Virus record (IMG/VR): IMGVR_UViG_3300020045_012035
Span: 1-46,685 of that record
DNA length: 46,685 nucleotides
Source: a virus
Taxonomy: Duplodnaviria; Caudoviricetes
Reading direction: 5' to 3' (one strand)
Shown here one piece after another: positions 40,437 to 46,685 of this stretch (position 1 is its first letter; the number at the start of each line of letters is the position of its first letter). The position numbers and the translations under genes were made by a program. The notes beneath the pieces are model-generated. The model saw only the letters and a list, made by a program, of their open reading frames with translations, searched no databases and was not told the origin of the DNA.

Positions 40437-41222
40437 ATGGAAACTACTTACTTTACTGGACTACCAAGAGCTGATCTTAATAAAAAAGATTTTGATGATT
40501 TAATTGAGCAAAAAGGGAGTGATGTTTTATTAGAAACAGCTTTAAACTGCCCTTGCAAATCTAAATCCACAAATCAACAAAGTAATTGCAAGAATTGTGG
40601 AGGAACTGGATGGGTCTTTATCAATCCAAGACAAGTAAGAATGGTTTTAACTGCTATCAATTCAGTTACAGAATTCAGACCTTGGTCAGAAGAATTGAGG
40701 GGTACAGTTAATATTACGTCGCACGAGCAAGATGATTTATCTGAGATGGATAGAATTACAGCTTTAAAAGGCAAATCTATTCATAGTGAAGTATTATATC
40801 TAAAACATCTAGATGAAGATCCTCAAAATGAAGTAATATTTACATATTCGACGTACAACATAAAAACTATAGATTACATAGCTCTTTTTATAAGTGTCGA
40901 TCAACCGTTGTGGAGACTGAAAGAAACTGACGATTATACATTCGTAAACAATGCAATCACTTTCAATCCTGATATAGAACTACCATTTGAAGATATAGAA
41001 AATAACAATATTACTATTCGATATAAACACGCTCCTCAATTTCATGTTATTGAAATGAAAAGAGATACAATGCAGAGTTATAAGTGGACTAATCAAGAAG
41101 TTAATCAAGATATGCCTGTTTCTGCTATTGCGAGAAGAGCTCACTATCAATTGAGGGCTCAGAATTTAGCAGGAGATCGTTTAATCGATAATTCTTTTGA
41201 AGAGGAACATAAATGTGATTAA
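40437..41222 (+). CDS. Neck / head-closure protein
   Basis: ALNCPC...CKNCGGTGW motif as in Herelleviridae-like neck genes. Confidence 0.6.
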   Translation: METTYFTGLPRADLNKKDFDDLIEQKGSDVLLETALNCPCKSKSTNQQSNCKNCGGTGWVFINPRQVRMVLTAINSVTEFRPWSEELRGTVNITSHEQDDLSEMDRITALKGKSIHSEVLYLKHLDEDPQNEVIFTYSTYNIKTIDYIALFISVDQPLWRLKETDDYTFVNNAITFNPDIELPFEDIENNNITIRYKHAPQFHVIEMKRDTMQSYKWTNQEVNQDMPVSAIARRAHYQLRAQNLAGDRLIDNSFEEEHKCD

Positions 41223-41224
41223 AA

Positions 41225-42034
41225 ATGATTATTCCTATTGTTATTGATACAAGTGATATTGCAAGACAATTCGGCATATCACACAGTCAAGTAGATGATG
41301 TGTGTGATAATATTGCTAAAACAATGGCTGCACGTTACGCTCAAGTGTTAGAACAAGAGGCTCAAGCAGCATTACATCAAACTAGACAAAGATACATTCG
41401 AAATATTAAAGTAGTTGATAGTGGAAGAATGGAAGGAACAGTAATGCTGGATTACTCAAAAGATCCAATAGTGCGAATGATTGAAGAAGGAGCTTCTGCT
41501 TTTGATATGAAAGCGAAGATGCTTGCCGGTAGAAAAGTTAAAATAGGTAAAAATGGAGGGAGGTATTTAACAATACCTTTCAGATGGGCTACTCCAGGTG
41601 CGGTAGGAGATGCTGACGTATTTAGCGGCACCATGCCTCAAGCTGTATATAATGCAGTAAGACAAATGCCTCAAAATATTCCAGTTAGTGGAGGAGGTAT
41701 GAGAACTGCGGGATTAAATGTATCTCAATTATCAACGTCTTTACAAAAACCAGGATTAAGGAAAAGTATAGTAGATTCTGCAGGTAAAGTATTATTTAAG
41801 CAGTACGAACATAAGACGTCTTTATTCCAAGGAATAGTTCAGCAAAAAGACGCAGCTACTGGTCAAAATAGATATTTTAGTTTTAGAAGAGTGAGTGAAA
41901 AGTCTGATCCAGATGCATTCATTCATCCAGGAATAGAGCAATATAATTTGATCCAAAAAGCTTTGAGTAGTTTTGATCAACAAAAAGAATTATCAAACGC
42001 CCTCGATTTAGAGTGGCAAAAACTAGGTTTTTAA
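41225..42034 (+). CDS. Neck / tail completion protein
   Basis: MIEEGASAFDMK...RYLTIPF...FRRVSEKSDP.AFIHPG; gene order. Confidence 0.55.
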   Translation: MIIPIVIDTSDIARQFGISHSQVDDVCDNIAKTMAARYAQVLEQEAQAALHQTRQRYIRNIKVVDSGRMEGTVMLDYSKDPIVRMIEEGASAFDMKAKMLAGRKVKIGKNGGRYLTIPFRWATPGAVGDADVFSGTMPQAVYNAVRQMPQNIPVSGGGMRTAGLNVSQLSTSLQKPGLRKSIVDSAGKVLFKQYEHKTSLFQGIVQQKDAATGQNRYFSFRRVSEKSDPDAFIHPGIEQYNLIQKALSSFDQQKELSNALDLEWQKLGF

Positions 42035-42726
42035 TGGAAAATAATCTAATTATCCCTGAATTTATACTAATTCATGCTTTAAAAGCAGGCTTCGACTTTA
42101 TTGAAAAGGATTTTAAAGAACAGATTACTTTAAATACTCCAACCAATAGTTACTTATATCGCATTCTTCATGATCAAAGAATAGAGCGATATGACTATTA
42201 TACTCAAGCTCAAGCTATATTATTTAAAAAGAAAGATGACCCAAGGAAATTGAGTATTGATTTAATGTTTAACATGGATTTTGATAAAGTGCCAAGTGTT
42301 TATATTTCATTGCCAGGAGAACAACATGGTCAAAATAATTTAGGAGTAGAACAAAATCCAGAGTCATACTTTAATGTTGATGAGAACGATAACGCTACTA
42401 GTTACACTAATCGTTACACAAGAAGAAAAAATGCTAATTATGGAATTTACATAGCTAGCGATAATTCTAATGAGGTATCTCTTTTATATTATATAATCGA
42501 TTGCTTAATGATCTCTATGACTCCTCATCTAACTTTAAAGGGTTTGTATAACATTACTCAAGGCGGTCAAGATTTACAAATAGAGAACGATAAAATTCCT
42601 AAGAATTTTTTTATGAAATCTATCTCCCTTGGATTACAATACGAAAGGTCAGCTCCTGATTTAACTAATACTCCGATGTTTACTGATATAATCTTTGAAG
42701 GTCGACCTGTAAATTCTATAGAGTAA
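42034..42726 (+). CDS. Putative tail terminator
   Basis: Position before the sheath gene; start reassigned to ATG 42034 (TAATG). Confidence 0.5.
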   Translation: MENNLIIPEFILIHALKAGFDFIEKDFKEQITLNTPTNSYLYRILHDQRIERYDYYTQAQAILFKKKDDPRKLSIDLMFNMDFDKVPSVYISLPGEQHGQNNLGVEQNPESYFNVDENDNATSYTNRYTRRKNANYGIYIASDNSNEVSLLYYIIDCLMISMTPHLTLKGLYNITQGGQDLQIENDKIPKNFFMKSISLGLQYERSAPDLTNTPMFTDIIFEGRPVNSIE

Positions 42727-42792
42727 TTTATAGATACTATAAACAACTTGGATAGTGTATAAATTAAGTTTAATTTTATCAAAATAAAAAGT

Positions 42793-42984
42793 ATGACAAC
42801 GACTACTACAACTACTAAAGAGAAAGTTAAAGAGCAGCGAAAAATTGACATTTTCGCGCTTTTAGACACTCAAGCTCTAACAAGAGCTGAGCGCTCTTAT
42901 TATGAAAAACATTATAAAGAGCAGTATAAAGATCAATCGAACACTATTGAGGAGTGGTTAAAAATAATTAAATTTATTCATTAA
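42793..42984 (+). CDS. Small protein before the tail sheath gene
   Basis: 63 aa, starts MTTTTTTT. Confidence 0.5.
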   Translation: MTTTTTTTKEKVKEQRKIDIFALLDTQALTRAERSYYEKHYKEQYKDQSNTIEEWLKIIKFIH

Positions 42985-42986
42985 AT

Positions 42987-44609
42987 ATGGCAACATCAAT
43001 TGTAGTTAATGGTAAAACCATTAAGCGTCCAGGAGTTTACGCTCTAACTAAAAGTGGAATTAAATATCCAGCACAAAATCTTTCTTACGGAAATATATGT
43101 ATTATTGATAATGGTGCAGGCGCAGGTTTTGCGGGAGGAGCAGGAGTTTCAGGAACATTAACTCAAGGAGTAGATAGTGTTTATGAAATCAGTACGATTC
43201 AGCAATATCTTAGCTTTATGAAAGGGGGAGCTCTATGGGATCTTGGAGAACCTTTATTCAAACCATCTAAAGCAGCTAATATTCCAGGAGTTTCTAAGGT
43301 TTATTTCATCAAAGCTGCGACAACAGTTAACGCTGAAATAACTTACGCATTTGAGAATGGAGGAGTTATTTTTCAAACATTAGATGAAGGACTAGGAGCT
43401 AACGGAATAACGGCGTCAGGAATTTTAACTAAAGGTTATGCTTGTAAGTTTATAGCTAGTACAATTAACGCCGGTAAATACATAGTTGAATTTTATCACG
43501 GAAGTTTCACAGGACTAGATCCTTTGAATAACTTACCTTACGACGGTATTTTAGCAGCAGATTCTACAGCAGTTATGTTTTTAACTACACCTGAGTTAAC
43601 TTTAGTGCAAGATTTAATAGACTGGTGCTTAACTTCAAATGAATTTAAAGCAGTCTTTAAATTGAAAATAGGATATACAGCAACGGGAGCTTTTACTCCT
43701 GACGACATCACTGATAATGCTGGATATAAATTAGCTACAGGAGGGACTGAAACTTATGATGCTACAGGATTTAGTAATGCTATTTTAGCTATTAAAGATC
43801 TAGATAATACTTTCTTTTTATCCTTAGACTCTGGAACAAGCTCTACAAGCTTGAGTAATGAAAAAATTCTAGATTTCATTAACAACGAATCTAAGTATGA
43901 GAAATTCATGTATGTTGCTGGAGGCTACGATAAAACTACTTTTGCAGGATCTACAAACACTTCTGAATCTACCGCGAAGTATTATGATAGCGATAAAGTA
44001 GTGGTTATTCACGGAGGTCTTAAAAAGACTACTCGCAACGGATTTATTCTAAAAAGTCAATTGTATAAAGCAGCTTTAGTTTTGGGTAGAACTTGCGGAT
44101 TGCCTCCTCAAACTCCAATAACATTCAAAGATCTTAATATAGATGGGGAGATTCATAAGTTATCAGACAATGAAAAAGAATTCGCTTTAGATTTCGGAAT
44201 TTTAACTACACATTTCGATAATGAGTTGGGCTATCATGTTATTCAACAAGGTATCAATTCGCTGCAACAAAACTCCTATCTTGTAAATGAAGATGGAACA
44301 TCTCACGATATAGCAGTAAGAAGAATTACAGCTCAATTAAACAAAGAGATTTGTGTAAATGCTAAGAAAGTGTTTTTCGGCAAAAACGAAGGACCTAATC
44401 GAAACACTATTACAGAGGAAGATATAAAAGCGTGGTTAGAAGGTTTCCTTCAAACTAAAACAGCCTCTTCATTAGAAGACAATCTTATTTTGAAATTTGG
44501 AAATATTAACGTTGTAGTGCAAGCTGATAATTATTTTGCCTCATACGAGTTTACACCAAACTATCCAATTTCAAAAATAGTGTTTACCGGAATCATTTTA
44601 GAAAATTAA
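42987..44609 (+). CDS. Contractile tail sheath protein
   Basis: KTIKRPGVY N-terminus; PITFK, IQQGINS, IAVRRI, C-terminal FTPNYPISKI. Confidence 0.9.
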   Translation: MATSIVVNGKTIKRPGVYALTKSGIKYPAQNLSYGNICIIDNGAGAGFAGGAGVSGTLTQGVDSVYEISTIQQYLSFMKGGALWDLGEPLFKPSKAANIPGVSKVYFIKAATTVNAEITYAFENGGVIFQTLDEGLGANGITASGILTKGYACKFIASTINAGKYIVEFYHGSFTGLDPLNNLPYDGILAADSTAVMFLTTPELTLVQDLIDWCLTSNEFKAVFKLKIGYTATGAFTPDDITDNAGYKLATGGTETYDATGFSNAILAIKDLDNTFFLSLDSGTSSTSLSNEKILDFINNESKYEKFMYVAGGYDKTTFAGSTNTSESTAKYYDSDKVVVIHGGLKKTTRNGFILKSQLYKAALVLGRTCGLPPQTPITFKDLNIDGEIHKLSDNEKEFALDFGILTTHFDNELGYHVIQQGINSLQQNSYLVNEDGTSHDIAVRRITAQLNKEICVNAKKVFFGKNEGPNRNTITEEDIKAWLEGFLQTKTASSLEDNLILKFGNINVVVQADNYFASYEFTPNYPISKIVFTGIILEN

Positions 44610-44630
44610 TAATTATAAATAAAAAAAATT

Positions 44631-45134
44631 ATGGCAAATGAACCAGTTTTAACAGGCGCCATCGCCTTGATAAAAGTCCAAGGTCAAGTTATTGGAAAGA
44701 TGAAATCTGTTCGTTGTCAAGAGCAGATCAGAAGACAACCAGTTAGAGGAATAGGAACAATCATTCCTTCTGAGCAAGCAGTTACAGAGTGGGAGGGAAC
44801 TCTTTCATGCGAGTTTATGGAAGTCCTGTTTCAAAAAACAGGAATAACAAACGCGATCAGAAGAGTGTTTCCTAATATTGCTTCACAAGTTCTTACAGGA
44901 GGCACTTCTTTTGAAGATCAACTAGTTCTTGATGTAGATGGAGTTCAAATCGATATCTTTAAAAAAGTTACTGATATCGTAAATCCTGACGGAACAATTA
45001 AACCTAAAGTAGTCCCTTACGCTATTGTGAAAAAGTGTTTGATTGAATCTGATTCATTCGATATTAGTGAAGGATCTATATCTGGTCACTCTCAGTCGTT
45101 TAAATATATGACGCCACTTACTTATTTACAATAA
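44631..45134 (+). CDS. Tail tube protein
   Basis: 167 aa after the sheath; VLTGAIALIKVQGQVIG, VRGIGTIIPSE. Confidence 0.85.
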   Translation: MANEPVLTGAIALIKVQGQVIGKMKSVRCQEQIRRQPVRGIGTIIPSEQAVTEWEGTLSCEFMEVLFQKTGITNAIRRVFPNIASQVLTGGTSFEDQLVLDVDGVQIDIFKKVTDIVNPDGTIKPKVVPYAIVKKCLIESDSFDISEGSISGHSQSFKYMTPLTYLQ

Positions 45135-45157
45135 CAATTAAGTATAAGAGTATTATT

Positions 45158-45185
45158 AAAATCCTTCGTAAAGAAGGATTTTTTT
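45158..45185 (+). terminator. Intrinsic terminator
   Basis: AAAATCCTTC-GTAAA-GAAGGATTTT followed by TTT. Confidence 0.7.
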
Positions 45186-45239
45186 ATTCACTTACGTTTG
45201 ATAATTTTAGATATTTACATTCTAAATAAAATAGTAAAA

Positions 45240-45641
45240 ATGAAAAGATCAAAAAAATTAGAGATTAGAGGTAATGTTTATGATATCGATTACCCTAACA
45301 CAGGACAGCAAATCGATATTGAATTATTGAAAGCTAAAATATCTGACGGGAATTATGATATTTTAAGATTTAGTACAAATCCGATGTTTCAAGCACAAGC
45401 TGATAAAATTGACATGATTGCTACATTTGGTGTATTGATTCCTCAATTAAAAAAAGACATTAATGTAAGCTCTTTATTCTTTCTTGAAGAAGAAGCTTCT
45501 AATGAATTATTAAGCGTTTACGAAGAGCAATTTGGCCCTTGGTATGCTGGTATTAAAAAATCTATTCAGGATCCTAAAAAGGAGTTAGATCAAAAGGAAG
45601 AGCCGAAAGATTTGATTGAAGACAAGTACGAAGATAAATAA
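45240..45641 (+). CDS. Tail assembly chaperone 1
   Basis: Position between tube and tape measure genes; start reassigned to ATG 45240. Confidence 0.6.
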   Translation: MKRSKKLEIRGNVYDIDYPNTGQQIDIELLKAKISDGNYDILRFSTNPMFQAQADKIDMIATFGVLIPQLKKDINVSSLFFLEEEASNELLSVYEEQFGPWYAGIKKSIQDPKKELDQKEEPKDLIEDKYEDK

Positions 45642-45658
45642 TTCATAATTCATGAATT

Positions 45659-45979
45659 ATGAGTTACAAGGATTTCATAATAAGATGGAATAACGACCAT
45701 CCTCTTGATAAAAAATATCGAGAAAAATATAATATCGCTTTTAACTCTCCACAGCATCGTCAAATAAATCAATTAGACATTCTATTAGAGTATATAGAAG
45801 ACCAATCTTTTGAGCAATTTAAAAGCGACTATCATATTAAAGCAGTTAAAGCCCAGCAATATAAAGAGGGAATATGGTTAGAAGAAAAACAGTTAACAAG
45901 CGAAGAATCGACTGATTTATTTGATAATATCGATATTTTTAAATTTAACAACGATAGCTCTCAACTACAAATAGAATAA
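45659..45979 (+). CDS. Tail assembly chaperone 2
   Basis: Position immediately before the tape measure gene. Confidence 0.5.
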   Translation: MSYKDFIIRWNNDHPLDKKYREKYNIAFNSPQHRQINQLDILLEYIEDQSFEQFKSDYHIKAVKAQQYKEGIWLEEKQLTSEESTDLFDNIDIFKFNNDSSQLQIE

Positions 45980-45982
45980 ATT

Positions 45983-46610
45983 ATGTCAAGCTCAGTTAAT
46001 GTAAATTTTAGAGTTACTGGTGGAGAGGTTCAATCTTATATGGATAGACTTCAACAGAGATCTACCGAAATGTCTAGAACTTTTTTGAGAAATGCTTCTC
46101 AATTAAGTGATGTAGCTAGAGATCAATTGAGATCGTATCAAGAACAATTAGCAGCTTTAGAACGAAGATTACGTACCGAGAATGAATTAGTACGCACTCA
46201 AGCTCAATTAAATAGAGACAGTCGCTTAAATAGCTTTAGAGATGATATTGGTCAAAGATATTCTGCTTTAGATGAGCAGAGACAGAATGGAACTATCACT
46301 GGAAGACAACATCGATTAGGTGTTTCTCAATTAGATGCAGAAGAGCAGCGAGGTACACTTGATATAGAGGATCAATACAGACAAGAAGTTCAAGCTGCAC
46401 AAGAGCAACATAGAGATAACTCTCTTATGTTGAGAACAATGCGCGATAACGTCGACACTGTCAGAGCTACCTCTCAGCAAGAATTAGCTCAGATGAGACG
46501 TGGTGATGAGCATCTTGTAGACGCTATTCAAAACGACGAAGATCCCAACGCCTTATTAGCTAATAGACTTGCTTCTCAACAATTTATTGAAGAGCAAGCG
46601 CAAAACAATG
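45983..46610 (+). CDS. Tape measure protein, N-terminal part (truncated; not in ORF track)
   Basis: MSSSVNVNFRVTGGEVQSYMDRLQQR...; helical Q/E/R-rich open frame running to the window end; expected position. Confidence 0.7.
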
Positions 46611-46685
46611 AAGAGAGTTATCTCTATGTTGCTCTTGTGCAGCTTGAACTTCTTGTCTGTATTGATCCTCTATATCAAGTGTACC
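46611..46685 (-). repeat. 75-nt exact inverted copy of 46352-46426, probable fold-back artefact
   Basis: Terminal 75 nt are the reverse complement of GGTACACTTG...GATAACTCTCTT. Confidence 0.85.

Noticed and set aside
1504-42869. All minus-strand ORFs in the track
   Set aside because: They shadow well-supported + strand genes and carry no recognisable motifs
45540-45660. Canonical -1 frameshift joining the two tail chaperones
   Set aside because: The second ORF is in the -1 frame but has an in-frame TGA at 45653-45655 just before its ATG

Overview
AT-rich fragment of a large contractile-tailed (myovirus) phage with every credible gene on the + strand. The head-neck-tail gene order resembles Herelleviridae (SPO1/Twort-like). 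The host is probably Bacteroidota (Flavobacterium-like), inferred from seven GTTG-N20-TATCTTT(A/C)C promoters and A-rich leaders that mostly lack Shine-Dalgarno motifs. Layout: (1) 100-1030, a non-coding RNA array with a compact, circularly permuted two-piece tmRNA (tag AKVINLFTPQMRFAA), a tRNA-like gene with an aberrant anticodon arm and three unassigned structured segments. (2) 1.1-20.5 kb, small hypothetical genes plus DHFR, terminase large subunit, HNH/NinG-like nuclease, SF2 helicase, DEDDh exonuclease and RNase HI. (3) 20.6-39.5 kb, an expanded head module: portal; putative capsid-cargo proteins; MuF-like protein; an SGNH/fibre protein; holins and endolysin; Nudix hydrolase; prohead protease/scaffold; major capsid protein. 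Three cargo proteins share a 39-aa module placed right after a hydrophobic-x-K|G/S/A putative maturation site; one is an AAA ATPase with a class 3 LAGLIDADG intein and one has a hidden -1 frameshift extension. (4) Neck, sheath, tube, tail chaperones and the lysine-free start of the probable tape measure gene. The last 75 nt are a fold-back copy and probably an artefact. All calls come from reading motifs by eye; no database searches were run.
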